This document shows, one piece after another, positions 26,929-38,323 of a stretch of 64,000 nucleotides of DNA (position 1 is the stretch's first letter; each line of letters starts with the position of its first letter). The stretch covers positions 28,956,001 through 29,020,000 of the forward strand of contig CM052816.1 in the NCBI GenBank assembly GCA_028534125.1, in the 5' to 3' direction. The DNA is from Lama glama. Its lineage: Eukaryota. The position numbers and the translations under genes are program-made. The notes beneath the pieces were generated by a model. That model was not told the origin of the DNA and did no database searches. It saw only the letters and a list, made by a program, of their open reading frames with translations.

Positions 26929-27391
26929 GTGCCTGTCATGCCCGTCATGCCCGTCCCCGGTGTGCGCTCTTTCCACCACAGCCCACACACCACCTGTCGC
27001 ACGCAGCCTGCAGGCCGGCACGCGCCTCCCACTTGCCAGGCACCTGTACGTGTACGTGTACGTGTACGTGTACGTGTACGTGCACGTGCACGTGCACGTG
27101 CACGACGTCCGGGCGCGCTGGCCCTACGGCTTCATCCGCTTCCTGCTGTACTTCAGCGGCAGCCTCTTCACGGCTGCGCTGTGGAGCGCGCTGCCGGCAC
27201 TTTTCCGTCTGCAGCACCTGTGTGTGCCCGTCCTGCTGCCCTTGTAGCTCCAGCTGTCCTCTGCTGCTGCTGCTGCTGCTCGGCCTCCAGCGTGTGGGCT
27301 TCCGCCTCCTGAATGAGCTACTCATCTATGGCATCCAGGTGACCATGCTGCTGGTGGCAGGGCTGGGCTCATGGCCTTGGTGGACATGTGA
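26929..27391 (+). pseudogene. TMEM250: Disabled TMEM250 coding region
   Basis: At least three frameshifts, in-frame TAG at 27245-27247, hexamer expansion at 27047-27100, small deletion before the final GTG GAC ATG TGA (27380-27391). Confidence 0.88.
27047..27100. repeat. (TACGTG)6(CACGTG)3 hexamer array
   Basis: Read directly; appears as (YV)6(HV)3 in ORF 26960..27247. Confidence 0.97.
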
Positions 27392-29649
27392 GGGCGCTGG
27401 TCCTGGCCCCGGGGTGGATTATTGTGTCAAAGCACCTGTGTTCTGTGTGTGTGTTTTAGGTCCAGTGTCTCCTGGTCACCTGCTTATGGTTCTAGCCTGC
27501 ACTTTTCCAAGATATGCTGCCGGGTGAGGCCCATTGGTCCAGTATGCACTTCAAGGGCCTGTGTCCCTGTCCCCTCTCCAGGACATTGGCATCACCAGTG
27601 GTGTGGGAGGCCCCTAGGAGGGGTGCTGCCCAGGTGCAAGTCTGGAGGACGGTTCTGGACACACAGCCCAATTGGGTGCACCCCCAGCTCCTGCCCCAGT
27701 CTTAGGGAATGTCCACCAGCTGATGCACTGCATTGGCACAAAGCTGTTCACTCCTCCCTGGGCCACCCGAGTCCGGGCTGAAGCCACAGACCCTCCTCCA
27801 TCTGTCTGTGAGGCTTTCGGGTCCTGAGTCCCACGCTGGGCTTCAGTGTCACCTTGGTCTGCTTGGCAGGTTCCTAGATCAGAGGCTAGCCCAGGGGAGG
27901 GTTCAGGGCACACCTGTCTTCCTCCTGGGCAGGTCTGTTGAGAATGTCGGCCGGATGCTGTCATCTCTTCACATGTGGGTTTCTGGGGAGGCACCTCAGT
28001 TTCTTTCTGGCTTTGGGGTGACTTTCAGTCCCTTCCTGTGAGGGAATATCCAGGACTGAGTCATGTGTGTCGGGAGCAGAGTCAGAGGAGGCCCAAGTGC
28101 AGAGAAGCCCCTCTTGGAGTCAGGGGTGCTCCAGGGCTGCACCTCTGAGGGAGGGGCTCCACTGCCCCTCTGTTCCTGCCTCTGCAGCTATTAGAGCAGC
28201 TGGGAGTGAAAAGCAGAAATGAATGTGGGCCAGGAAGCAACCCTGGTCTGGGGGACTTTCAGTTGTAGAGAGAAGAACACACCAGGGGGCCAGCGTCTCA
28301 CCCAGACCGCTCACCATGTCCTTCTCTGTCAGAGGGGGACAGGCAGCCGCGGGCCTCACCAGCAGGTGAGAGACACTCTGAATGATTGTGCTGGGACAGC
28401 AGAGTAATGTATGGGACATAGGGCTCCATACTGGAGTGACAGGCTGATACTGCTTCACCCCAAGTTGTGTCCCCACATGCCCTGGGCATGGGCAGGGGTC
28501 CCTTCAACCTGTCTTGGCCAGGCAGCCCCATGGCTAGGGGAGCTGTTGGGACAGCTGTGTGCCACTGGACGGAAACCCAAATCAGAGAAAGAACGCAAAA
28601 AAATACTTGGCTATAAACCATGCTCTTTAACTTGTAGCCAGCTTGTGTCCGACGATGGTGCACTTGAGGTCCAGGGGACTGCTCAGAGGAGGAGGCCTGG
28701 GGTGGGTCTGTCTGAGTTGCCAGGAGCCAACCAGAGTAGACCCACTTCTTGGTACTGCAGAAAATCTTTTGCACTAAATCATGCTGTTTCCTAAAAGCTT
28801 TGTTTTGTGTTAATTGATTCATGTTACTCAGACCCTCCGAGGCGCCCCCCACCATGAGATGGACACGTGTCCACAGGGCTGCGGTGGCTGGAGGGGTCAT
28901 GGTTGTGCGGACACAAAGCTGCTCGGTGTCTTGAGTGCCTGTGAAATTCTTTATGAAACAAGCCACCTGCATTAAATTTATTTTTTTAACATGAAAAAAA
29001 AGAGGAGATGTATGCACCCCAAAGTTCATAGCAGCACTATATACAATATAGCCAAGACATGGAAGTAACCTAAGTGTCCATCAACGGATGACTGCATAAA
29101 GCAATTGTGGTATATTTATATTGGTGGTATATTTATACAATGGAATACTACTCAGCCATAAAAAGAATAAAATAATGCCATTTGCAGCAAGATGGATGGA
29201 CCTAGAGATTGTTATTCTAAGTAAAGTAAACCAGAAAGAGAAAGAAAAATACCATATGATAAAACTCTTATGTGGAATCTAAAAAAATAAAATAAAATAA
29301 AAAATGGACAGTATGAACTCACTTAAAAATATAAACAGACTTGCATAGTAAACAATCTTGTGGCTACCAGGGAAAGGGGGTGGGAAGGGATAAATTTGGG
29401 GGTTTGAGATTTACAAATGTTGGCCACTATATATAAAAATAGATTTTTTTAAAAAGTTTCTTCTGTATAGCACAGGGAACTGTGTTCAATATCTTGTAAT
29501 AAACTTTAATGAAAAAATATTAAAATGAATTAATGTATGTATATGCATTACTGTGACACTGTGCTGTACACCAGAAGCTGATATATTATAACTGACTGTA
29601 CTTCAATTTAAAAAAATTTAAGCAGAAAAAATATGTATATCATCTTGAC

Positions 29650-31430
29650 CCTTTATCAGTGGGTCCAAGAAAGAACCCCAAAATCTAAACACTTTCTGTC
29701 CCCCAAACTCACATCCTTTCCACAATCTTTATTAATTCCAGCAGGACTAATCTCACTATTCCCTTTAGTTTTTATAATGTTACCATAAGAAGCAGAATCC
29801 CAGGATATCATCCATTACCTGAACTCTAATCTCCACAAATCACATCTCTTAATTCTTTCCCCCGCCTCCACCCAGTCTTCACAAACTCTTCCACTGTGTC
29901 CTGTGAAATTCACCATCCATCAACAAAATCTGCCATCTTAGTATTTCTGGACACTTACTTCATTTTCCAACTCTAACAAAAGACTGATTATCCCCTTAGG
30001 ATACTCCTTCCCTTGTAACCTTGTAAGCATTTCAAGTGTTGGAGTTTTTTTTCTTTTTTCTTTTTTTTTTTTGTTTCCCCCAGTCTTTACAGTACTGGAC
30101 TTGGAGATTCTCCTGGTTCTTACTGCCGCTTCTACATTATTCTCCCTGTGACATCCATATTAGTAAATCTAGCACTTAGGTTTCATCTCATGTCACCTCT
30201 CAGCCACACTTGATGGAGTGAATTACTTCCACTCCCTCAATGTACTTGTTTCACTTGGCATCCAAGATGTCATCCTCCATTGGTTTTCCTCCAGCATCAC
30301 TGATCACTTCTTCCCCATTTCCTGTGATAATTCCCTTTCTTCTCACAGATCTCTTAAAGTAGAAGAGGTGCAAGCTCTCATGGTGATTTCACTGAGTTTC
30401 ATGGCTCTACACTGTTTATGTGAGATATATGTATCTCTAGCTCAGCTCAGGTCTCTCTCCTGAATTCCAATCTCAGATATTCAATAATCCTCTCAACAGC
30501 TTCACCTGGTTGTCTAACAGATATCTCAAAATTACCATATCCAAAATTGAACCATTAATCTTACCCTCCATACTTGCTCTATGTGCAGCTTTCTCAAGTG
30601 AGGACTCTTCTATACTTTTGGTTGCTCAGGTCAAAATTCTTGGACTCATAGTTGATTTCTTCCTTTCTCTCACACCCAATATCCCAAATACATGGTAGTC
30701 CTATTGGCTCTACCCTCAGAATATAATTAGAACCTGACCATTTCTGAACTCATTCATTGTTACCACCCTAATTCCATTTTGTATCATTCCTACCATGGAT
30801 TTCTGTTTATCCTTTGCTCTCCTACTGTCTGTTCTCAACACAGCCATCAGAAAGATCCTTGTAAAATGTAAGTCATATAATATGTCACTCCTCTGCTCCA
30901 AATCCTCCAATGGTTGCCTTTTTTTCCTCAAAGCAAAAGCCACTGTCCCTGAGGGCATATAGGGCCTTACATGTTACAGCCTCTGCTCTCTCGCTGACTT
31001 CATCTCCTAGTTTTCTCCCCTTTGTTATAAGCCAGGCACACTCAAAACTAGGGTCTTGGACTAACTGTGTCCTTTCCTTAGAAGTTCATTCTCCAGATTG
31101 TCATGTGGCTGGCCCCCTCACTATGTTCATGATTTTTGCTCAAATTATCTCCTCAATGAGGTCTATCTTACTCATTCTGTTTCTCATTTAATCTGTGCCC
31201 CAGCACCAGCCCAGATTCCTGCTTTCATTGTTTTATCTTTCTCATACCTTATCATCTCCTAACATACCACATAACTAACTAATTTATGGTGTATTATTAC
31301 TTATTATCTGTCTTCCCTCCCAGAAGGGCAGGGATTTTTGTTTTGTTCACTGATAACATTCAAAATCCTCAGCACAGTGCCTGACATATAGCACATGCTC
31401 AACAAATATCTGTTCAATTGAATTAAATCT
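29650..31430 (+). mobile_element. L2 (L2a-like) long 3' fragment
   Basis: 'tcacttggcatccaagat...ctccattggttttcctcc', 'gttgctcaggtcaaaa', tail 'gcacagtgcctgacatatagcacatgctcaacaaatatctgttcaattgaat'. Confidence 0.85.
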
Positions 31431-31529
31431 GGGACCCAAGGAAAGTACAGTAAAATGTGATATGTATTTTCAAAAAAGGGTAAGAAAGAATATTCCAAGG
31501 AAAAGAATGGAGATTTTATTTCTCCGAGA

Positions 31530-32580
31530 AGCACTGAATAACACTTTATAAAGAGGTAGAATATAAGATGGAGTTTGATGGATAGGTCAGATATTTTGTA
31601 AGTGGTGACGATGGGAGAAGGACATTCCAGAATAAGAAAAAAGATTCATCAAAAATTGGAAAACAAAAAACACAGAATATCTATATGAGGTGGAAAGTAT
31701 TTAGGGTTGGCTAGAGTATAGATTTTGAGTGTAGTAAAAATGAGACATACAGCTGGAAAAATAGAATAGGATTTAATAGTCAATGGATTTTAATATCATG
31801 AAGTTTAGACAATATTCTATATATATCAATATGGAACTAATAAAGGATTTTAAACAGGAAAAGAATAAAATTGGAATGGGATTATGTATTGGAATATGGA
31901 AAAAAAGAGAAACAAAGAGACTATTCTGGAAAGTTGTTGCAACTTTCCATATGAGAGATTATGAGGTACTTAACAGGAGGGAGAAAAGGCTATAAGCTTG
32001 ATTCATTCAGAGAAAGTAGAATTAACAAGTCTGGGTTATAGAATAAAAAAATTAGAAAGTATGAGAGAAATGAAGATGGCAATTATTCTATTCTGAATGA
32101 CAATGTATAGTCAAGAATGCAAGGTAGAGAAGAGGTATGTATGTAAGATCTCTGATTTGAAAGCATATTTGAGAAATCCAGGAAACATGTTAGAAATATG
32201 TGTTTGTAGCTCAGGAGAGAAGTTTGAACTGGAACTATTTATTTGTGATTTTATCGTTAACAAGCACATCTATGAAGTATCTGACCACTAAGTTCAGAAT
32301 TTACAAAGAGAAACAAATAATAACAGAAGGAAATGTCTTGGAAACATTCCGAGAGGTGAGGGGAATGATGCCATAATGCACGTGAAGAACAGGAGGAAGA
32401 AAACAGAAGTAAGAGAAAGATAAGAGTGGCCAGAGATGTAGTGTCAGTGTTCCAGATCTTTGGTTAAGTCGAATCTGAACTATAGACAAGTTCACTATGC
32501 GGAATAAAGAATAGATCAAGATCATTAGAGAAGAAGACATAAAAGATTGATGAGATCAGAGTGATCGTGAGTCACTACCA
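31530..32580 (-). mobile_element. Degraded L2
   Basis: 'taaaggattttaaacaggaa', 'gtagctcaggagagaagtttgaactgga'. Confidence 0.6.
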
Positions 32581-33460
32581 TGAATGCTGAAGTCTGAAGG
32601 AACAATGGTGGAGGTTTAGCTGAACAGAAACCTACATATTCGCAATGTATTAGGGGCTACAAATGCAGAAGTTACCAAGCAAAGTGATAGAAAAATGTGA
32701 TTTATTAATGTGTAATTACTTAAGCAGATGACACAAGAGTGTCAAACAGCTTTTACATTTTTAATGATCTGACTAATAACTGGTGGACCTCTGAAAGGGT
32801 TGCAGGGCCCTATAAAAGTACATGAGAAAATAATAAATTAGCTACCTATAGAATCAGAAGGAGAAATTACCATCCACTGCCCTTAGGGTGATGATATAGT
32901 CAAAAGTCAGTTTTGTTTCATATGATTTAATACTTTTTATGTGGTGTTTTATTTCTATGAAATAGTTAGACTTCCTTAGTGGGATAGCAATAACTGATAT
33001 GACTATTACTATAAAAATAAAACAATAAACTTGATAGTGATCAATACCTTCCAATACATTCAGAACTTAGGTTCAGTTGCTGGCTCAGGAGACAGAAGCA
33101 TACAAGGTCTACAAAAAATGAACAAACATTTTAATATGTTTTAGAAGTCCTAGATTTGCATTTTATGAGCATTTCACTGGTACTTCACTTCTCTATATCT
33201 ATTACAAATTAGTGGGTCCTTTTTCTATAAAGATTTTTTAAAAATCTTTCACCATTGTTCTCTATGTAAGTCACCGGCTAAGGTTGGTTTTTTTTTTTTT
33301 TCCTATCATAAGTCTATTTTCTATTTGATGTCTTGGGGTTCAACCACATGATTCCCTATACAATGAATGATAATTTTATAGCTGAAGCTTGGAACCATCT
33401 CTCCAAAACACATCTCAACGTTAAATATTAAGACATCACATCACATTAAAAAGGTAAGGG

Positions 33461-34579
33461 GGTCAGAAGAGGTAAGATGGCGGAGTAGAAGGACGCTTGT
33501 AAGTCACCCTCTCCCACAAATACACCAAGATGCACATCTACAGACTCACTCAGCCAACCAGAGCACCTGCGGAACTCCGACAGATCATCGCCCTCTTCAA
33601 AAGATAAAGACGCCGAAAATCTGGTAGGAGAAAAGGAAAAAAGAAAGAACAAAAGGCAAAGTAGCGCGCGGGACGGGTCCCGCGGGGAGGGAGCGGCAAA
33701 GGAGGACTGGCGCTCGCTCGCTGGGTCTCCCCTCTCCAACTGAGAGGCCAGCGGGACGGAGGGGGAGCCTCCGAGGTTCGGATCTGTACAGAGCAGCCCT
33801 TGTCTGACAGAACTAAGTTAAATGGGCACAGAGCGTCCCCCCGACACCCAGCCTGAGACGTGGGCCGGCAGGGGCGGGCAGGGCCAGGCTGCACAAGCTG
33901 GGCAGAGGACGGGGGCGGCTGCACGGAGGCAGCCCCGGGGGACTGCAAGGGGCTGGGCGCCGTGGCTGTGGGTGTACAGGACAGAACAACCTGGGCCCTC
34001 CATAAAACAGCAAGGTTGATGTGCTCTTGGGGGAAGGGTGCATACCCCCATCTCTGAAAAACCCTTGGAAACTTTTCAGGGGAAGAGAGGCGGGGCCCAG
34101 GCACAGCCGCCATATTCTCCGGTGCTGAGCACCCAGGCGGGGGCAGGGGCGAAACCTGCATCCGCACAGAAGGGCTCAGCAGCCTCAAGGGCCAGACTGA
34201 GACGGGCCTACAGCCCGGGGCAGGTGGGGTCCTTCCATCCTGGTCCCTCAGAGAACTTGCTCCACAAAGACAAACAAGGAGCTGGGTCTTGGCTCGGAGC
34301 AGCGACGAGGCTGCCCCTCCGTCTTCCCCGAGCCCACCCGCGGAGCGCGGCCAGGGCGGAGCGCGCAGCTGCACAGAGCAGCAGAGCTACCAGCAGCGCA
34401 GGCAGAGGGAGAGCGGCACCCCCCCCCACCGCCTGTCAGGCAGGAACACAGCCCCTGACCGAGGTGCTGGGAGGGGGCACGACCCGCCCTCCTGCCTGGC
34501 CAGTCTGCAACATCTGACTACAGCATCCGGAGGGGCAGTGACCCGCCCACCCGCAGCAGAGGAGAGCTGCATCTGACCC
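33461..34579 (+). promoter_or_regulatory. L1 5' UTR internal promoter / CpG island with YY1 motif
   Basis: AAGATGGCGG YY1 consensus about 13 bp from the element start; dense undecayed CpGs. Confidence 0.75.
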
Positions 34580-35079
34580 NNNNNNNNNNNNNNNNNNNNN
34601 NNNNNNNNNNNNNNNNNNNNNNNNNNNNNNNNNNNNNNNNNNNNNNNNNNNNNNNNNNNNNNNNNNNNNNNNNNNNNNNNNNNNNNNNNNNNNNNNNNNN
34701 NNNNNNNNNNNNNNNNNNNNNNNNNNNNNNNNNNNNNNNNNNNNNNNNNNNNNNNNNNNNNNNNNNNNNNNNNNNNNNNNNNNNNNNNNNNNNNNNNNNN
34801 NNNNNNNNNNNNNNNNNNNNNNNNNNNNNNNNNNNNNNNNNNNNNNNNNNNNNNNNNNNNNNNNNNNNNNNNNNNNNNNNNNNNNNNNNNNNNNNNNNNN
34901 NNNNNNNNNNNNNNNNNNNNNNNNNNNNNNNNNNNNNNNNNNNNNNNNNNNNNNNNNNNNNNNNNNNNNNNNNNNNNNNNNNNNNNNNNNNNNNNNNNNN
35001 NNNNNNNNNNNNNNNNNNNNNNNNNNNNNNNNNNNNNNNNNNNNNNNNNNNNNNNNNNNNNNNNNNNNNNNNNNNNNNN
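34580..35079. other. Assembly gap (500 N)
   Basis: Read directly. Confidence 1.
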
Positions 35080-37190
35080 GTATATGTCCATGAATGACTG
35101 AAAAATTGTGCTGAACACTGGAATTTGACACAACATTGTAAAACGATTATAAATCAATAAAAAATGTTAAAAAAAAAGGTAAGGGACACATGCAGCAGCA
35201 AAGATAATTAATGTGACAAGGAAAGAACTAGACAGGAAAATAAGTGATCAGAGAATGATTCAGAGTTGTCAGGAATTTTTTTTAAATCTCAAAGAATAAG
35301 AAAATCCAGGTCTTTTTTGGCACTCATTTCTCTCTCCCTTTACTCTGTTGATCTAATATCTGCTACCAGTCCCTTGCACTCAAGGCAATCCTTATACCTC
35401 AAATGAAGGTGTACAAAAGTTCTTTAAAACTTCCGTCTGTGATTACCTTGCCTTCAGAATAGAGGAAATGGAAGTTGCCAGTTGTCAAGTATGTTTGTAT
35501 AGCAAATGTTTTGTTTGTGAATATCTTGCCTTAAGAAAAGAAGAGATGGGCGTTTTGAGTTATCATGCTGATTTTCGCATTGAATATACGGCTTTAAGAA
35601 AACAAGCATAAGCTTGCACTTGTTAGCAATTGCTAATAATAAAAACACGTCTGTTTCTAGCAGGGCTGTATTTTGTTTCACTAAGAAGTCAAAAGTTAAA
35701 GACCTGATTGAAATAAATCTCCTACTTTTGGTGACTGGAAAAGAAAAAGGCACTCAAAGAAGATCAAAATCAATGAGACGAACAAAACCTCACCAAAGGG
35801 CCCATCCTGTTGTTCTGGAGCTTGTTGGAAACTCAACACAACTCCCTTACCCTTGGGTGAATACCATGACCCACTAAGACAGGTCCAGTCCAATGAAATC
35901 ACTGACCATCACATCCACTGCCATCCACCCAGATGCAGACCACTGACCCCTGCTTGAAACCAGATTCGCTCCTGTAGGGGAAAGAGCAAAGTAGATAATC
36001 CAACCTTGAACTCTGTATATTAACATCCATACTCCAGTAGGAAAGGGTCTTATTCAAATATTAAGAAAACTGAGTGAGCTTGAATTTGCCTAAATCCCTT
36101 AGTTAAGGGAGATTTAAAGAAAAGAGGCTTCAATGATTGGAATATTCACTGGGGTACCCTCTAAACTCCTTATCAAGACTGTGACTTAATTTTTAGTAGT
36201 ACCCCTCAGAGAGGTCAGCAGTACATTTAGTTCCCTTAGTCTAACAGATGGCAAGTGACCACTAAAGAGCCCTGTATTCCCCAAGGGGTTTCTATTGGTG
36301 CATAAGGCTCTGTAAGTAATAGGGGCTAACTTCAGAGATTGCAGAAACTATTCCTATCTTTGGCATGTCTGGAGGCTCTCTTGGATCAGCCTCTGACTCT
36401 TATTTACAGACTGGCTTCATGTTCTGACAGAAATCCCTTCGTTTACATAATTTATTCTTGAAATCTAACCAGGTGAAGGGGCAACTCCAACAACCAAGTT
36501 CTGTCATTAACAAGAATTTTTATTAATCCCTTCTGTCTGCTCTTGCTAAAGTTAGAAATCATATTCAACTGAGAATTTAACACTTTTTTCTAATTATGAA
36601 AAAAATGAAGTATTCGTAAATCCACAGAATTAAGAACTCTTTCAAAGGGAGAGGACACAATGTTTCATATCTGAACATTATTTCATTACACAGCAGTGTT
36701 ATTAATCTTTCTTGCTGCTTCACCAAACTTGAGTGATCGGGCATCCTGTCTGTTGCTTCATTATAATGTGTTCTTCTATAGTGAGCCAAAGATAGATGTC
36801 AAGCTTAAAGGAGAGGTTCATTTACCTTCATGTACTTTGCGAGGAAAGCTTCTGATGATTATTTAAGATGCCATCAGAATTAATTATCAAATGGATGAAT
36901 GAATTTTAAAATGTTATAATTCATTGACCAGAGTCTTGTTCACCATTCTTCAATTAGGGTGGGCCAACTCTATCTTGGATTAACATTCTTCTTTCTCCTT
37001 AATTGATCTCTTATCTTCCTTGAACAAAAAGTCATTTGTTAGTGTAGGAAACAAAGTTAAACAAGGAGCCCACTGATGTTGAAGGATGCGTCTCATAGAA
37101 AACATGGCATGCAGGGTGCTTGCAATGGATAGAAATGGATCACACACACACATACACACACAAACACACCATGTTGGAATTATGTTAATT

Positions 37191-37330
37191 GGGGTTGATA
37201 CTCAAAATATGTAACAACTGGTATAGTATAGACCCAACCACCAGAATGAATGAAATGCCTAATCAGAATGAACATGGCATAACCCACTGGTACAGCCATA
37301 TTTATACATTTTGATTGAATATTAGCTTTA
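37191..37330. mobile_element. Possible small ancient hAT-type MITE
   Basis: Imperfect inverted ends 'ggggttgatactcaa' ... 'ttgaatattagcttt'. Confidence 0.35.
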
Positions 37331-38202
37331 GAGGATATGATTTATCCTCCTTATCTTTAATTTACTTTAAAATTAAAATGTCATTTATAACTCTCAAGCA
37401 GAAAATTCTGTAATTGAGTAATCTTCATTGATATATGCAGTATAAACTAGGAAATGCAACCTCATATGCTAAGGGCAAAGCAGGAATTAAAAGCCAGGAC
37501 GTACACAGATAGCTGAGAGCTGAGAGGGAGTGGCAAAGCATAAAACAGGAGCGTGCATTCCCCAACCCAAAATACCCAAATTCAAATGTTTATAAAACTT
37601 CTGGCCAAAAAAACATGGTCAGATTCTGTCACATGTTCAGACTTACGAACATTCTTGAGTCTAATATCTTCAAATGCTATAATGTTTTCCAGTCTAACCA
37701 TCTGTTTCTGAAATACATTGCATTCTTCATGGTGGACTATGTCTTTTTGTCAAGAAAGTAGAACCATTTATAATAAAAATAAATAAAAATCAAAGATAAA
37801 AGTTTCCTTAATGTATCTCTTCGACTATGAACTGGGAGGTGAGGAACCAACTCTTACATCATCCTTACACCTAACACGGTGTTCCTCATTTTATATGTTA
37901 TCCAATGCAGAATGAATGAAAATTTTTTATTAGTTCTTTTAATATTTTAAAATAAGAAGGTTTTCATTTTTCCAAATGAATGATAATATAGTAGAAATAT
38001 AAAACAACTTCACAAAGGTCAATATAAATTCTGAAGGGTAACAGAAAATTGTGCAACACTGTTACTAAGTTATAGGTCAAGTTATTCAATACTTATAAAG
38101 GCTAGATGGAGAAAATAAATATGACCACAAATACAACCCACAATTTCTTTAACCTCTCAGAAGACTGCCAGCTTCATATGACAAAAAGCCTCCGAGAGCA
38201 TC

Positions 38203-38323
38203 TTTTTTTGGAAGGGATGGTAATTAGGTTTATTTATTTATTTAATTTTTTTAAGGCAACACTGGGGATTGAACCCAGGACATGCTAAGCATGCACTCTA
38301 CCATTTGAGCTATACCCTTCCCC
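38203..38323 (-). mobile_element. Camelid tRNA-derived SINE (Vic-1-like)
   Basis: Minus strand 'ggggaagggtatagctcaaatggtagagtgcatgcttagcatg..tcctgggttcaatccccag...aaataaataaacctaattacc' with A/B boxes; degenerate TSD tccgagagcatctt / tccagaagcatctt. Confidence 0.88.

Larger units (their letters stand above)
26664..29001 (+). pseudogene. TMEM250: Processed pseudogene (retrocopy) of TMEM250/C9orf69: 5' UTR, disrupted CDS, ~1.6 kb 3' UTR, ATTAAA and short poly(A)
   Basis: Three frames together give MPVMP..VRSFH.PHTTC / HAAC.P.RASHL / RW.YGFIRFLLYFS.SLFTAALW.AL.ALF.LQ.L.V.VLL / LLLLLG..RV.FRL.NELL.YGI.VTMLLV.GLG / VDM*, matching TMEM250 as I recall it; ATTAAA 28971-28976, A8 28994-29001; embedded in an L1. 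Confidence 0.9.
26183..29620 (+). mobile_element. 5'-truncated L1 (ORF2 C-terminus and 3' UTR), split by the TMEM250 retrocopy
   Basis: 26183-26663 'acctacagaatgggagaaaata...ctctaattcgaaaagata' resumes colinearly at ~29002 'gatgtatgcaccccaaagttcatagcagc' and ends 'cttcaatttaaaaaaa'; ORF 26483 begins with L1 ORF2-like '[31 protein letters not shown]'. Confidence 0.93.
33461..35177 (+). mobile_element. Young, probably full-length L1; body hidden in an assembly gap
   Basis: CpG-rich 5' UTR starting 'ggtcagaagaggtaagatggcggagtag'; 3' end 'acaacattgtaaaacgattataaatcaataaaaaatgttaaaaaaaaa'; perfect 13-bp TSD aaaaaggtaaggg (33448-33460 and 35173-35185) at a TT/AAAA site. Confidence 0.92.

Noticed and set aside
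27047..27100. CRISPR-like or prokaryotic repeat system
   Set aside because: It is a spacerless hexamer microsatellite in a clearly mammalian context; there are no cas-like ORFs or repeat-spacer arrays in the window.
26883..27527. 214-aa ATG ORF as a functional TMEM250 paralogue
   Set aside because: It matches TMEM250 only in two short segments; the rest is out of frame (poly-CT from the hexamer array). The true frame has frameshifts and a TAG.
28298..29029. 243-aa minus-strand ORF
   Set aside because: It is antisense to the GC-rich retrocopy 3' UTR and starts in L1 sequence; long ORFs are expected by chance at this GC content.
33446..34374. Antisense ORFs in the L1 5' UTR as an ORF0 analogue
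   Set aside because: The 97-aa and 274-aa ORFs start at TTG and GTG in stop-poor GC-rich DNA; nothing beyond their position supports them.
34387..35157. Long ORFs of 256 and 231 aa
   Set aside because: They are artefacts of translating through the N gap.
36820..36860. 26-nt minus-strand micro-exon (EAFLAKYMK) ending AAG|GTAAAT
   Set aside because: The acceptor lacks a pyrimidine tract and the peptide is not recognised.
38250..38323. tRNA gene
   Set aside because: The A/B boxes belong to a SINE head with an AT-rich tail and TSD; an internal deletion removes part of the tRNA-like fold.
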